The notes under the pieces were generated by a model. The model was given only the letters and a program-made list of their open reading frames with translations, searched no databases and was not told the DNA's origin. This document shows, piece after piece, positions 1 to 11,790 of a stretch of DNA of 64,000 nucleotides. The stretch is from Planctomycetota bacterium (GTDB taxonomy: Bacteria > Planctomycetota > UBA8108 > SXIK01). The DNA lies in contig OZ244999.1 of NCBI GenBank assembly GCA_965223265.1, positions 704,001 to 768,000 on the forward strand, written 5' to 3'. Every line of letters begins with the position of its first letter. Within the stretch, counting starts at the first letter, position 1. Both the position numbers and the translations under genes were made by a program.

Positions 1-3000
1 CCGACGTTGCTCGTGATCGACGACTTCGATCGACTTGGACGCAACGACCAGCTCATCGTCGAGCTACTCATTGAACGCATGAGGATCCAGGCGGACGCTC
101 ATAGGCCGCAAGCGCCGCGCCTGGCGGTTTGTCTGGCGATGGACAGTCGCGCTGCTCGCGCCAACGACTTCGCGGTCTGGTGGAACCGCCTCGATCGTTT
201 GGCATGGGTGGCGCAGCTTGAGCTCGAGCCGTGGCCAGAAGCGGACGTGGCTCGATACCTTGACCGCGCGCTGGCACCGGCGCACACCACTGGGATTCTT
301 GGGGCGCAGTTATGCCGCTGCGCTGGTGGCAATCCGGGCCGGGTGCGCCAGACTCTCGAAGAGCTGTACCGGCACGGCGAGCTGAGGATGGAGCGCGGTG
401 AGTGGAGATGGGAGAGCCGAAAGCCTGGTGAGTTTCCTCCCCTTCCCAGTGCGGCCGACGACTTTGGCAGCGCGTGGTCTGACTTGTCAGCTGGCGCGCA
501 AGATATCCTTCTCGTCGCTGCACTCTGGGGCGAGCTAGGGCGCTCTCTCGACGGCACTATACTGTGCGAAATCCTCGCGGTCGATCCGGCCACCGTGAGT
601 GCGCACCTAAGAGCCATTCGTGCCGCCGACGTGCTTGATAGCGCGACGCTTCGCTTGCCTGACGGCGCCGTGGGAACATTCTGGGCAGCTGCCGAGACGT
701 CGAATACCGCCGTTTCTGCAGGGGGCGGCGACTCGCTCTCAGCGATATGTGTCGATCTGCGCCGACTCGAGCGCGTGCGCATCCTTAGACGCGCTGGGGC
801 AACCCGGCGTCAGCGTCTTCGCCGCGCCATCGCAGGAACGGCGACCCCCACGCCGACGCTTGAGATCGAATGGCAACGGCTGCGCATCCGCGTCCCGCTG
901 CAAGTCGGCGGTTGCGATGCGCGGCTCGATGGGCGGCTGGCACACGGTGGCGCGGCAGGAGCGTCTCAGGTTGAGGCGTGGATCACAATGGCTGACGCTG
1001 CAAGTCAGCGCGGCGATCGGTTTCTCCATCGACTGTTGGCCTATAGTGCACAGCAGCTGCCACAAGCACACCTGTCGCGTGCTCGAATCGCGCATGCGCT
1101 CGGCAGTCGACTGCATGCGCTTGGGCTTTACCGCAAGGCGCGCTCGGTGTTGGTGCAGTGCGTTCAGGCCTGCGATGCGGCAGCCAAAGACGATCCGAGT
1201 GCGAACGTCGTGACGGAGGCCGCACAAGCCACCATCGAGCTTGCGGAAGGAGCGGTGCTCCTTGGGGATCTCGACGCGGCTGGCGAATACCTCGATAGTC
1301 TTGCAGTCGAGCCTGGGGCGGCGGCCGGTTCGGCTGGCGATCGCGATGGGGCACGGGTCGAGTACTGCAGGGGACTTCTGGCGTACCGCTGTGGGAACTT
1401 TGACAGTGCGTTCTTGATCGCGTGCCGTGGGCTCGAGCGCTACCAAGGCGATCTTCGTCTGATGAATCTTCGCGCCAACGCCGCGATGGCCTGCGGTGAT
1501 CTCACCGGCGCGGCGACTACTTTGGCGGCGGCGGTCGCAGCACCAGTCAAACAGGAATCTGCCGCGTGGGCCGCGACTCTCGCCAACTACGCGCGGTGTC
1601 TTACCCGAACTGGGCGAGCAGATGAATCGGTAGCAGTGCATCGACGCGCTGTGAAAGTGCTGCAGAAAGCCGGGCGATCGCTCTTCGCAGCCAAGGTGCG
1701 CGCTAATCTTGGGGTGACACTCCGGCGGCGCGGATGCTACGAAGAATGTGAGACGTGCTTTCGGCAAAGCCTGCGAGCGCTTCGCGAAGCCGGCGAGCGC
1801 CTCGGCACCGCCACACTTGAGGCAAACTTGGGCATCCTCGCTGTTGAGCTGGGTCTGTACGGCACTGCCACGCGACATTTCGCAGCTGCCGAACAGGTCG
1901 TCGAGACGCATTCGATCGATGGCGCGGCCGTGATCGGCCAGCCCGTTTGCGTGGAATCCCGGGCGATCGCGGCTTTCGAGCTCGGCCAAGAGTCGACGCT
2001 ACAGGCGCTGCTTGCACGGCGCGGAGGCATCGGGGACGGGAGAGACACCAGTGATGCCTTGACCGAAACGCTGCGACTCGAGCTGCGACTGTGGCGCGGT
2101 GGATACGACGATGGAAGCGTACTCTTGAACATGGCCTCAACGCAGACGATTCGTGAGCAGGACTGCATCTTTTGGGCCGAGTTGGCGTGGTTCTCTGCTG
2201 CCGCGAACGCACTCGTGCCTGGCAAGAGGTCTGCCGTGGATCAACGTCTCGTCTCTCTAGGTCGTGGGCGTGCCGTTGAGGCCCTACAGTCGCTCGGCGC
2301 GACTTCAGACCGCGCTAGGTTTTTCTACGACATAATGACCGCAGCGAAAGATCCGCTTGTCCTTAAGGCTGAGGGGGCTGCTGCGGATTTGGGGCAGCGA
2401 GCAGCGGCAACACCACTGCGTTTGGTTCGGGTGCAGGCTTTCACCATGTTGGCGAGGCATGCGCCGCGAGCTGACGATCGGTCTCGCGCCAGGACGCGAC
2501 TGCGTGGGGTTCTCGACGAGATCGTTTTCGATTGTCCCGTCGAGGCGCGTAGTTTTCTGCGCGACAGAGCAGATTTCAAGGAGGCTTTAGCCGTGACAGC
2601 GGAACCTGACATTTCTTCTCAGCGGGGGCAAGAGGCCCGCGAGATTCTCAGACACGTCTTTCAGCTGAACCGTGAAGTGCTCAAGGAGAGCCGGCTCGAA
2701 TCGCTGCTGCGAAAAATTGTCGACGTCGCGGCCGAGTTGACAAACGCCGAGCGCGGATTCCTTGTCATGCGCCGGCGTGGTCGCCTCAGAATTCTTGCGG
2801 CGCGTTCTCACGGCAAGAGCATCGACGATCCGGAGTCGCAGATGAGCCGGACGCTTGTAGATCGAACCCTCGCGGACGGAAGTTCTCGGTTGGCGACCGA
2901 TGCGCGCGCGGACGTGTCGCTTCGTTCCATTGCGAGTGTCGAGGAATTGGGTCTACAGTCAGTCATCTGTGTCCCGTTGGTCGCCAAACGTGCTCGAGTA

Positions 3001-4176
3001 CTTGGTGCGCTCTATCTCGACAATCCATTCGAGCGCGGGGTTTTTACTGCCGAAGACCTCGAGCTCGCGGAGAGCTTTTCAGCGCAGGCGGCACTTGCGT
3101 GGGCGGCCGCGCAGCGGCGACAACAGACGGCCGGGCTTCTACGTGAGCTTCGTGGCGTCAACAAGCGCCTGGAGTATCAAGTCCGTACGGCGCGTCGGGC
3201 TCTGGTGCACTCGGCAAGAAGCGAGCATTCGCGGCGCGTCGGGATCGTGGGTCAAAGCGCGGCCCACTCGCGCGTCATGCAACTGGCGGAAGCGGTGGCG
3301 CCAACGTCGATCACCGTACTGGTCACCGGGGAGAGCGGCACGGGAAAGGAGCTGATCGCGCGGCAGATTCACGCACTCTCGGAGCGAAGTGCTCGACCGT
3401 TTGTGGCCGAAAATTGTGCCGCGCTACCGGAGACGCTACTCGAAAGCGCGTTGTTCGGGCATGTGCGCGGCGCGTTCACCGGCGCCGAAAGTGACGCGCC
3501 GGGACTGTTCGCGATGGCGGAAGGCGGAACGCTATTTCTTGACGAGGTCGGCGAGTTGTCGCCACCGCTTCAGTCGAGGCTCCTGCGTGTTCTTCAGGAG
3601 CGTGAGGTGAGGCCGCTCGGTGCGCGCGAAGCCAAGCCGATCGACGTCCGAGTGATCGCGGCGACCCGCCGCAACATCCACCAGGAGATCGCCTCCGGAG
3701 GCTTTCGCGAAGATCTGTACTATCGACTTCAGGGTGCCGAGATCCACGTGCCGCCGCTAAGGGAGCGGCCGGAGGACATCCCGGTCCTGGTCGAGCACCT
3801 CCTCGCCAAGGAAGCGAAAGGCGCCAGCACAAAAAGTGTGAGCGTCGAGACGATGGATAGACTCTGTGCCTATTCCTGGCCGGGAAACGTCCGCGAGCTC
3901 GAGAACGAGGTGCGACGGTTGTCTCTCCTCTGTCCGATGCCGGTGATCGAGGCCGAGTACCTTTCCCCGCACGTGCGCGAGGGCAGAACCGGATTTCCAT
4001 CGAACGCGTCGGACGCGGAACGAGAAGTGCGTCCTCTCCGTTTAGTGGAGAGAGAGGCGATCCTTCACGCGCTGTCGCAGTTCGACGGACATCGAGGTCG
4101 AGTGGCGAACGCCCTCGGAATATCGCGGTCGACGCTCTACGTTAAGTTGAAGGAAATCGGCTACGACGGCACATGA
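1..4176 (+). CDS. Large sigma-54-dependent transcriptional activator (5'-truncated): AAA/NTPase remnant, TPR region, GAF, sigma-54 AAA+ and Fis-type HTH
   Basis: Walker [15 protein letters not shown] loop, [20 protein letters not shown]-terminal [14 protein letters not shown]; GAF-like [11 protein letters not shown]...GALYLD; frame open at the window edge. Confidence 0.9.
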   Translation, partial: PTLLVIDDFDRLGRNDQLIVELLIERMRIQADAHRPQAPRLAVCLAMDSRAARANDFAVWWNRLDRLAWVAQLELEPWPEADVARYLDRALAPAHTTGILGAQLCRCAGGNPGRVRQTLEELYRHGELRMERGEWRWESRKPGEFPPLPSAADDFGSAWSDLSAGAQDILLVAALWGELGRSLDGTILCEILAVDPATVSAHLRAIRAADVLDSATLRLPDGAVGTFWAAAETSNTAVSAGGGDSLSAICVDLRRLERVRILRRAGATRRQRLRRAIAGTATPTPTLEIEWQRLRIRVPLQVGGCDARLDGRLAHGGAAGASQVEAWITMADAASQRGDRFLHRLLAYSAQQLPQAHLSRARIAHALGSRLHALGLYRKARSVLVQCVQACDAAAKDDPSANVVTEAAQATIELAEGAVLLGDLDAAGEYLDSLAVEPGAAAGSAGDRDGARVEYCRGLLAYRCGNFDSAFLIACRGLERYQGDLRLMNLRANAAMACGDLTGAATTLAAAVAAPVKQESAAWAATLANYARCLTRTGRADESVAVHRRAVKVLQKAGRSLFAAKVRANLGVTLRRRGCYEECETCFRQSLRALREAGERLGTATLEANLGILAVELGLYGTATRHFAAAEQVVETHSIDGAAVIGQPVCVESRAIAAFELGQESTLQALLARRGGIGDGRDTSDALTETLRLELRLWRGGYDDGSVLLNMASTQTIREQDCIFWAELAWFSAAANALVPGKRSAVDQRLVSLGRGRAVEALQSLGATSDRARFFYDIMTAAKDPLVLKAEGAAADLGQRAAATPLRLVRVQAFTMLARHAPRADDRSRARTRLRGVLDEIVFDCPVEARSFLRDRADFKEALAVTAEPDISSQRGQEAREILRHVFQLNREVLKESRLESLLRKIVDVAAELTNAERGFLVMRRRGRLRILAARSHGKSIDDPESQMSRTLVDRTLADGSSRLATDARADVSLRSIASVEELGLQSVICVPLVAKRARVLGALYLDNPFERGVFTAEDLELAESFSAQAALAWAAAQRRQQTAGLLRELRGVNKRLEYQVRTARRALVHSARSEHSRRVGIVGQSAAHSRVMQLAEAVAPTSITVLVTGESGTGKELIARQIHALSERSARPFVAENCAALPETLLESALFGHVRGAFTGAESDAPGLFAMAEGGTLFLDEVGELSPPLQSRLLRVLQEREVRPLGAREAKPIDVRVIAATRRNIHQEIASGGFREDLYYRLQGAEIHVPPLRERPEDIPVLVEHLLAKEAKGASTKSVSVETMDRLCAYSWPGNVRELENEVRRLSLLCPMPVIEAEYLSPHVREGRTGFPSNASDAEREVRPLRLVEREAILHALSQFDGHRGRVANALGISRSTLYVKLKEIGYDGT

Positions 4177-4509
4177 CCCCGGCTCAGCGACTTTCAGTCG
4201 GGCCTGGAATTGCCTGAGCCGGCGTCGAGGCCCGCGTCAAGCCTAGCCTCGAGTTTGGCCATTTCGCGCCGGCCTGGCCGGACGAGTTTCACGGGGGTTC
4301 CGAGGCCCTTTCGACTTTTTCGTACCCTGAGAACCCTTGTGCCCATTCAAAAACTCCTGTCCGGCCCTTCGGGGAACGCCAGGAGCGCCGATGCCTGCGT
4401 CACTCCTCCGCCACGACCCGAGCGGGATCGCGCCCGAGTCGTTCCTTGGCCTCGACGCTCCTGGCGCTGGCAGGCTCGACGCGAAGGGCCAAACTCGAAG
4501 TGACGAAGC

Positions 4510-6771
4510 ATGCGGAGCTGGGACTCTTATCGCGGCTGCTACCCGTTGCGTTGTTCAGATGAATTGACGGTCACGATTCTTTTTTTACACTCTGCCAGAT
4601 GGCTGTATCATGGACGCCGAAGGTTTCAGGTTGAACTCTACAGGTGGGTCGTGAGCAAAGAGCAGTGCCACCCACAGAATCATTTGCGGCACGGTCGTTC
4701 GCGGCTCAGTTTTTTTCCGAGCGTCGCGATCGCGCTTGTCGCTGGATGGACTAGCGCAGCGGTTGATTTCGCGGGACTCTTGGCGAGCGAGGGCACGTCC
4801 GATGAGCCCCTGACTCTGTTCGTCGGCGAAACTCTCGACCGTAACGACGCCGTTGTTCCCGCGTGGGCACGCGTGCGTCTGCTCGCGGCGCGCGGCCAGG
4901 AGAGTATCGAAGTCGAGGCGGCGTTGGCGGTCTCGACATGGTTCGATCTGGGCGAGGTCAGGGCGGCTCGACCAAATCTTCTGCACCTCGATCCAGAGGC
5001 GCGACTGATTCGCAGTGACCGTGACCGCGATGAAGCCGCCCTGCCACAACTCTCCCTCATCGACGGTAGGCAGCTGATCGCGTTCGCTACAGCCGAGCGA
5101 AGTGGTCTCGCCATCCTCGGACCGGATGGCGCCCAAATCTTGGTCGAGGGTGAGCCGGAGCGCTTCGTCCCGACTGGTCGCGGCGTGCAGCTGTCGACGA
5201 ATGGCGAACGTGTTGCATGGCTGATCTCCGGTGCCGATAGTCGTCCGGAGATCGTCACCGTTCTTCTCGCCTCGCGTTTGCCGCTGGTCTCCATCTCGGC
5301 TCTCTCGAGTAGTATGGTTTCGTTCGTCGACGGTTCATTGGCCCTCACCGATACGTCGGTCTATGCAACAACGGCAGATGCGTCGGGCGCTTTCTTCGTT
5401 GCCCGCTATTCTGCCGATTCCGACGGACGGATGGCGGTGACTGGCGAGATCGTTGCGGGACCGTTCGTCGACGTTGAGCCCTATCCAGCTGTGGGCCGCG
5501 ACGTGCTCGCTATGATCGCGGCGACAGCACCTGATTCTCGAGACGTGTACATCGTCCGCGACCGCGAGAGCGCCGCCGTCAACGTGACCAACTCTCCGGC
5601 GCAATACTCGGCGAATCGGGCTGACCTTCAGCGATTGGCGGTTTCGGATGCGGGCGAATTCGTCGCCTATAGCATTCGCTCCGGCGGCAGCAACGAGTTG
5701 TTTCTGCACGCACTTGATCCTGGCACTTCGACGATCGAGCGTTTTCATGTCACTGCCGATGAGCGCTTTAACCCGTATATCGATCAAGAAATCTGGGTTT
5801 TCTTCGGCGCCGACGACCGGCTCTATTTTGCCGGTGGTCATGACCTCGGGAGTTTGGATGTCTACGCTTTGGACCCTCGTCATCCCTTCCCCGTCAATCT
5901 GACCCAGTCGACCGGGAATGACCTACCACCGTTTCTCAAGGGATCGCTTGCGATTTCGGACATGCTGGTGGACGACAGCAGCGTTCTCGTTGCCGCGAGT
6001 GGGTTCGGCGGCGCTGGTACCGGAGTCGTTGGTATCGAAGTGGAAACGGGCGCGACTTTCTTTGAGGCTTTCGAGGGCCAGGCGGCCTCTCTGTCGACGG
6101 TCGGCGCCACGGCTTTCTTCGAAGTCGTTGCCATTGACGGCGTCCGTTCTCTGTATGCTCTGACAGCTGGAGAAGCTCCGGTGCTGATTTCGCGCTCGAC
6201 GAATCCAGCTCGAGTGATTGCGACGACGCTCGAGCGAATCTACTTCGCTGTTCCCGGAGTCGGGTTGATCGCTTTCGGGCCCAGAGCGAGATCGGTGCGG
6301 CTGCACGAAAACGGCGAAGTGTTTCCGGCCGGCGCCCTGACGGCGGATGGGCGTTATCTCTTTTTTGGCGCTGCGGTCCCCGATGCGGGCGCATCGCAGT
6401 ACTTTCTTCTAGACGTTCAGACCGGCGGAGTTGTGCCGTTCGCCTCACACGCGGCGCCAGCACAGATCGTCGGAGTTGCAGGTTGTCTCCCGCCTCAGGC
6501 GAAAGAGTTCCTGCGCGGGGATGCCAACCGTGACGATGTTGTCGATGTTTCCGACGCCATTCTGGCGCTGAATTTTCTCTTCGTCGAAAATACCAATCTG
6601 GTGAGCTGCCTTGACGCTGCGGACGCGAACGACAGCGGTGGGGTGGACATCTCGGACCCCATCGCCGTCCTAGGGTTCCTATTCGTCGGCAACGGCGCGC
6701 TGCCTCATCCCTACCCTGAGCCAGGCGAAGATCCGACTCCGGACGAACTCGGTTGCCTCTTGCGGCCGTAA
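4510..6771 (+). CDS. Secreted beta-propeller-like protein with C-terminal dockerin-like domain (true start probably downstream of 4510)
   Basis: Hydrophobic signal-like segment; C-terminal FLRGDANRDDVVDVSDAI...CLDAADANDSGGVDISD...GEDPTPDELGC. Confidence 0.75.
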   Translation: MRSWDSYRGCYPLRCSDELTVTILFLHSARWLYHGRRRFQVELYRWVVSKEQCHPQNHLRHGRSRLSFFPSVAIALVAGWTSAAVDFAGLLASEGTSDEPLTLFVGETLDRNDAVVPAWARVRLLAARGQESIEVEAALAVSTWFDLGEVRAARPNLLHLDPEARLIRSDRDRDEAALPQLSLIDGRQLIAFATAERSGLAILGPDGAQILVEGEPERFVPTGRGVQLSTNGERVAWLISGADSRPEIVTVLLASRLPLVSISALSSSMVSFVDGSLALTDTSVYATTADASGAFFVARYSADSDGRMAVTGEIVAGPFVDVEPYPAVGRDVLAMIAATAPDSRDVYIVRDRESAAVNVTNSPAQYSANRADLQRLAVSDAGEFVAYSIRSGGSNELFLHALDPGTSTIERFHVTADERFNPYIDQEIWVFFGADDRLYFAGGHDLGSLDVYALDPRHPFPVNLTQSTGNDLPPFLKGSLAISDMLVDDSSVLVAASGFGGAGTGVVGIEVETGATFFEAFEGQAASLSTVGATAFFEVVAIDGVRSLYALTAGEAPVLISRSTNPARVIATTLERIYFAVPGVGLIAFGPRARSVRLHENGEVFPAGALTADGRYLFFGAAVPDAGASQYFLLDVQTGGVVPFASHAAPAQIVGVAGCLPPQAKEFLRGDANRDDVVDVSDAILALNFLFVENTNLVSCLDAADANDSGGVDISDPIAVLGFLFVGNGALPHPYPEPGEDPTPDELGCLLRP

Positions 6772-6796
6772 GGTTCGTCAGCGATGTCTTTCGATA

Positions 6797-9337
6797 CTAT
6801 CCCAAAGCGCGTCGCAGTCTACGGCAGCCGCGTTCAACCGCGTCCGCATCCGATTCCGTCGGCTCTTGCTCACCGTAGAACATTCGGTAGAAGACGCGAT
6901 GAACCTGGAGAAAGTCCTTCTCGAGTTCGGGGCGCGACCGGACAACGCGGCGAGCATGCTCGATTGGAGTCTGGTGGGGACGACGATGGCTGCGAGTGAG
7001 TTCGAGGATTCGCTGTAGCTGGTAGTATGCGGTTAGAATCCGTCCGCGCGGATCTGAGGTAAAGATTGGCTCAGCCTCGAGCGTCGTCAAGCCGCCGATG
7101 CGGTCCAGGTCTTCTTCCTCGTCCTCTTCTTCCTCGTCCTCTCCTGGCTTCTTCTTGGGCGGGCGTAGATGGAAGAGTGTCACAAGTCCGATCAGCAGGA
7201 TGGCGAGAACGATCAGCGAGGCGCGGAAGTATGTTCGCAGCGTATCCGGCAATGTGAAGTGCCGCACGCGGCGCAACCGCGGCGACTCCCCCGTCGAGAC
7301 ATAGCTGCTCTCTGAATCGGCTTCACCCCGGTCGCGGTCGAGTATCATCGCGTACGACTCGTCACTCAACTCGGAAGGACGCTCAACCTCAATGACGAAT
7401 GGCTTGAACTCGCTCGCTCGCTGCTCGCCGTCAGGCTCGAGGAACGGGGCTACGTCTGCCGGCTGCCCCTGGTCTTGTTCTTCTCCGGTCGCCGCGAGGC
7501 CGTCAGCGCGTTCGGTCCCAGCGTCGGGTTGGCTCGCCCCGTCCGCAGCGTCTCGACCGCCGGGAGCATCGCCAGCCGCAAGATCCGCTCGCAAATCGGT
7601 AACGCTCGGTTGACCCAGATCGGTGGGGGCGTCGATGGAATCTACCCACGTGGTCGGGTCAACCGGAATCCAACCTCTCTCTGGGTCAGCAACCTCAACC
7701 CAAGCATGGGCGGTTTCGTTGAGTATCAAAAACTGATTCGTTGATTCGTCATGTCGACCGCCGATGAATCCGACCGCGAGTCGCGTTGGGATTTTGACCG
7801 ACCTCAAGAGGAGCGCTGTTGCCGTCGAGAAGTACGTGCAGTTCCCCAGGCGCGTCTCTTCCATGAACCTATAGAGAGCGTTCTCACGGTGTTTCCACTT
7901 GGCTTGGTTCGAATATGCGAAATCGTTCGAGAAGTAGGCGCGAAGTGCCGCGAGGTTTGCCGTTGCTGGCGCGTTGGCATCGAGAACGCGGTCCGCGACG
8001 CCTTGGAGGTCGATGCCCACTTCGGTGACGGACGGGACGGCGAGGTAGCGCGCGTCGATCGATTCAAGATCGCGGCGCGACGCGAGGGACGTCAAGCCGG
8101 CGGGGGCGTGCTCGATGGCGTAAACGGAGCTCGAGCTAAGAGGGGGGACTGGGAATACGTCGCTACCTGGCTGGCTGAGTTCGTACTGACTGATGCCGGC
8201 AGCGTGAATCGATGTTGTGTTATATGGAATAACGAACGACTGAAACACCGGAGTGGTGACGGTGACGTCGAACACGTGATTCTCGGGCGCTTTGTCCTCG
8301 TACCTGTACTCTCCGGACCACTTGTGGATCGTTTTGAGGCCAGGTTCCTCCCACGCTTCGGTCGCCGGGTCATACGTCGAGAACGTGAGGCCCTTCCAGA
8401 GTGTGTCTCGAGGCGGTGGCCACGGCGCCTTTCCGTCCCGTGACCACAAACCCAAAACGACGCCGCGAGTCAGATCGGGTTTCGAGAGATCTTTCAGGTT
8501 CACGCGGTAGGTGAACTCTCTGGCGACCGGGCTATTCGATGATTCATCTCGGCTTTCTTCGTCGAACAACGGTGCTGCTTGGCCGCCTCGACCACTGAAT
8601 GCCGGTCGATTCCGGTGGGGCTCGACCCTCGCGCCGAGACGGCGGTGTAGAGTGTCGCGCGTGCTCGCTTGTCTGGGCACCGTCGGGAATCGGCCGTTTC
8701 CTATGACCAAGGCCACACCGATGAAAACGAATGCCGCACAGCATGCTCCCACGAGTGCGACAACGCGTGTGTTTTGAAGGTTGAACGGCGAGTTCTGGCG
8801 GGCACGAAAGACGTTGTGATACATGTGGCGTATGGACGCCGAGAGAAACAGCGCGAACAAAAACAACGGCACCCAGAGCTGCGAGTGTGGTTGCCCTGCT
8901 TTGATCGCCAACATCATCGAGGCGCAGGTGAAGAGGTCGAAAAGTCGGTAGAAAGGGGGTTTGGAAAGAGCGAAACCACTACCCCATGCGAGAACGAGCA
9001 CAAGGGTTAGCAGTTCGTCGACAGAGCGCTCTGGCTGGAGTGATTGGATGAGATCCCATCCGGTGGCCATGAGGAGTCCGACGAGCGCGATGATGCCGCC
9101 ATACAGACCAACCGACATCAACAGACTGGACGGCTTGCCTAAGTGACAGAGAATCTTGGCTGAGGCACGCGGAAAACAAGACCAGGCAACGAGCAGAAGG
9201 ACCTCGACCGTCGCCGCGCTTGCCTCGAGGGCCGCGGTAGCGAACAGAATGGTCGTGGAGATGACGACGAGGTCCGCAGCGAGAAGTGCTAATTCGGTGC
9301 GCAACTTCGAGACGTATGAATCAACGAAGAGCCTCAT
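6797..9337 (-). CDS. Membrane transglutaminase-like protein (DUF3488/TgpA-type, C-terminal DUF4129-like)
   Basis: Catalytic motifs GNCTYFSTA, HAWVEV, VDPT; N-terminal TM helices; ATG at 9337 overlaps the DUF58 stop (ATGA). Confidence 0.85.
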   Translation of the reverse strand: MRLFVDSYVSKLRTELALLAADLVVISTTILFATAALEASAATVEVLLLVAWSCFPRASAKILCHLGKPSSLLMSVGLYGGIIALVGLLMATGWDLIQSLQPERSVDELLTLVLVLAWGSGFALSKPPFYRLFDLFTCASMMLAIKAGQPHSQLWVPLFLFALFLSASIRHMYHNVFRARQNSPFNLQNTRVVALVGACCAAFVFIGVALVIGNGRFPTVPRQASTRDTLHRRLGARVEPHRNRPAFSGRGGQAAPLFDEESRDESSNSPVAREFTYRVNLKDLSKPDLTRGVVLGLWSRDGKAPWPPPRDTLWKGLTFSTYDPATEAWEEPGLKTIHKWSGEYRYEDKAPENHVFDVTVTTPVFQSFVIPYNTTSIHAAGISQYELSQPGSDVFPVPPLSSSSVYAIEHAPAGLTSLASRRDLESIDARYLAVPSVTEVGIDLQGVADRVLDANAPATANLAALRAYFSNDFAYSNQAKWKHRENALYRFMEETRLGNCTYFSTATALLLRSVKIPTRLAVGFIGGRHDESTNQFLILNETAHAWVEVADPERGWIPVDPTTWVDSIDAPTDLGQPSVTDLRADLAAGDAPGGRDAADGASQPDAGTERADGLAATGEEQDQGQPADVAPFLEPDGEQRASEFKPFVIEVERPSELSDESYAMILDRDRGEADSESSYVSTGESPRLRRVRHFTLPDTLRTYFRASLIVLAILLIGLVTLFHLRPPKKKPGEDEEEEDEEEDLDRIGGLTTLEAEPIFTSDPRGRILTAYYQLQRILELTRSHRRPHQTPIEHARRVVRSRPELEKDFLQVHRVFYRMFYGEQEPTESDADAVERGCRRLRRALG

Positions 9338-10608
9338 GTGGAGGCCCTCACCGGACTGGCGAACACGCTCGGAAGGTGCGCCGCGCAAGGCACCACGTAG
9401 ATGTCGATCCCTTGTGCCCCATGGCGCTGGATAAAGCTGTCGATGTCATCAGCGTCCGGGTCGCGGTCGTAGACGCTGCGAAAACTCGTGTCGTCGAAGA
9501 CCACCAGGATGATACGGACGCCTCGCCTTCCGAGAGCTTGCACCTGCTCGTTGAAACTATCGGAAGAGCGCAGATAAGGACTCACCATAATCACCAGCGT
9601 CGCGCCGGTCGATATCTCGCCTGCCCGTACTTCAAGGAGCGCATCGAGTCGTGTCGAGCCGTCCGGTTTCAAAGGCACGAGTAGGTCAAGCAGACGGTGG
9701 AGTTGAGCACTGCCAGTTCCGATGGGTAGGCTGACGTCGCTCTTACCGTGTGCGAACATACTAACGCGGTGCCCGAGCTCCAGCGCCTTGGCGGCGAGCG
9801 CCGCGGTGATCTTGATCGAATGCTCCATGCTTGAGCCGCGCCCGATGCCAATGAGCGCATACCGGTAGAGATCGACGACAAGGTAAAGGTCGCCGACCGC
9901 ATTGCGAGCGAATTCGCGCACCACGGGATATCCGAGGTGAGCGGTCAGTGGCCAGTGCAGGCGGCGGAACGGGTCGCCTTGGCGATATTCACGGACGCTA
10001 AAAAACTCGTTACTACTGCCGATTTTTGTCTGCGCCACGTAGTCCTCGATGAGTGACAGCACGTGACCTTGTTTGTCATGCACACCGAATAGATCGAAGT
10101 GGGGATACACTTTCAGTTTTTGATCGCCTGAGAGAACCGTCTTGCGTCGTTCGAACCAGCCGAAAGGGTCGGACACGGAAATGACGGCCGGGCCGAGCGC
10201 GTAGTACCCTCGCGGCAACAGGCAGGCGCCTCGATACGTGCGTTCGACCGTCTCGCCGGGTCGTACACGCATGGGGAACACAAGTTCGCGACTCGACCCG
10301 AGCTCGGGAGTGAACGACTCGAGAACGCGCGGCTGAAACACCGGCAGGCGAGATCGGTTTTCGAGCGTTAGTCTCAGCTCGATCGTGTCGCCTTCGAAGG
10401 CGCTGGTTGGGGCGAAGCGTTCGAGTCTCAAACCACTCAGACTCTTTCGGACGGCCCACAGACTAACCAGCGGCACAACAACTATGGCAGCACCGAACGG
10501 GATCATCAGCGGTGAGTCGAAGACCGTGCCGTGGGCGATCGCCAAGATGCCGACGAGAACGAGCGGCAATCCCGACCCGCAGTTATTTCGGAGCTTGCGT
10601 ACCGACAT
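9334..10608 (-). CDS. DUF58 domain protein (vWA-like)
   Basis: EFFSVREYRQGDPFRRLHWPLTA motif; position between MoxR and transglutaminase. Confidence 0.9.
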   Translation of the reverse strand: MSVRKLRNNCGSGLPLVLVGILAIAHGTVFDSPLMIPFGAAIVVVPLVSLWAVRKSLSGLRLERFAPTSAFEGDTIELRLTLENRSRLPVFQPRVLESFTPELGSSRELVFPMRVRPGETVERTYRGACLLPRGYYALGPAVISVSDPFGWFERRKTVLSGDQKLKVYPHFDLFGVHDKQGHVLSLIEDYVAQTKIGSSNEFFSVREYRQGDPFRRLHWPLTAHLGYPVVREFARNAVGDLYLVVDLYRYALIGIGRGSSMEHSIKITAALAAKALELGHRVSMFAHGKSDVSLPIGTGSAQLHRLLDLLVPLKPDGSTRLDALLEVRAGEISTGATLVIMVSPYLRSSDSFNEQVQALGRRGVRIILVVFDDTSFRSVYDRDPDADDIDSFIQRHGAQGIDIYVVPCAAHLPSVFASPVRAST

Positions 10609-11545
10609 GAGGCTGCGGCAGGGTGGGGACAGGGATTTCGTTGAGGATGCGTTGAATCACTTGATCTTTCGTCGCGCCTGTGTATTCCACGTGCGAGTCG
10701 AGCAAAACACGATGCGCCAGAACCGGTATGGCGACTCGCTTGACGGAATCGGGCGAGACGAACGGCAAGCCGTGCAGCATGGAGTGCGCTTGTGCCGCTC
10801 GCATCAGTGCCAAGCCGCCACGTGGACTGACGCCTAAGCGGGTCTCCCGCGTTTGCCGAGTGGCGCTGACGAGATCAAGGATGTACTTCTGAACCTCGAG
10901 GCCGACGTGGATGTTTCGGGCCTTTTCTTGCAGTCGCACGACGTCGTTGCCGCGTAGCACCGGCTCGATGGAGTCGATGGGGTGTTCCCGAACCTGCGCT
11001 TTGAGGATTTCGAGCTCGTGTTCCTCGTCGGGATAGCCCAGCGCGATGCGCATAAGGAAGCGATCCAGCTGCGCCTCGGGAAGCGGGTAGGTCCCGTCGA
11101 GCTCTATGGGGTTTTGCGTCGCGATGACGAAGAACGGCTTCGATAGCGATCGCGTCGTCCCGTCGACCGAGACTTGGCGCTCTTCCATGCACTCGAGCAG
11201 GCTTGACTGGGTGCGCGGTGACGTACGATTGATCTCATCGGCGAGGAGGACGTTCGTGAACACGGGACCGGGAAAGAACTCAAACTCCTGCCGACCTGGA
11301 GCGAAGACCGTCACCCCGGTCACGTCCGACGGTAAGAGGTCAGGAGTGAACTGGATCCTTTTGAAGACGACATCGATGGATCGCGCGATGGCGCGGGCTA
11401 GCATCGTTTTGCCAAGCCCTGGAGCATCCTCGATGAGAAGGTGTCCCTCGGCCAGCAGCACCGTTAGAGCCAACTTGATGGCGTCGTCTTTTCCAACAAT
11501 GACGCGGCGAACGTTTTCGAAAAGTGCAGCGAGTTGAGGTTCCAA
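10583..11545 (-). CDS. moxR: MoxR-family AAA+ ATPase
   Basis: EDAPGLGKT, RIQFTPDLLPSD, LLADEINR, ATQNPIE, YPLPEAQLDRF. Confidence 0.95.
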   Translation of the reverse strand: MEPQLAALFENVRRVIVGKDDAIKLALTVLLAEGHLLIEDAPGLGKTMLARAIARSIDVVFKRIQFTPDLLPSDVTGVTVFAPGRQEFEFFPGPVFTNVLLADEINRTSPRTQSSLLECMEERQVSVDGTTRSLSKPFFVIATQNPIELDGTYPLPEAQLDRFLMRIALGYPDEEHELEILKAQVREHPIDSIEPVLRGNDVVRLQEKARNIHVGLEVQKYILDLVSATRQTRETRLGVSPRGGLALMRAAQAHSMLHGLPFVSPDSVKRVAIPVLAHRVLLDSHVEYTGATKDQVIQRILNEIPVPTLPQPHVGTQAPK

Positions 11546-11790
11546 GTTTGACGACCGTTACGCAGTGCCCAGTGTTTTCGCTCATCCGTCGTACTCCTGC
11601 TCCGAGTCTGACGCGGACCGGTATGCAGGAGTCCGGCCGAGTCAACACGAAGCGACGCGCCTCCCGAACGACTCGATTGGCTGGCCTCTCGATATTCTTC
11701 GAGCTGAGCCGAGATGAGGGTATCGGTTCAACTTCGTTTATAAGGCAGGACGGACGACGAAGCCAGAAGGAGCAGGCGGTCAACGTACCA

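Noticed and set aside
4519-4533. Sigma-54 promoter TGGGAC-N5-TCGC downstream of the activator gene
   Set aside because: GG/GC spacing is correct but the match to consensus is poor and likely by chance in GC-rich DNA.
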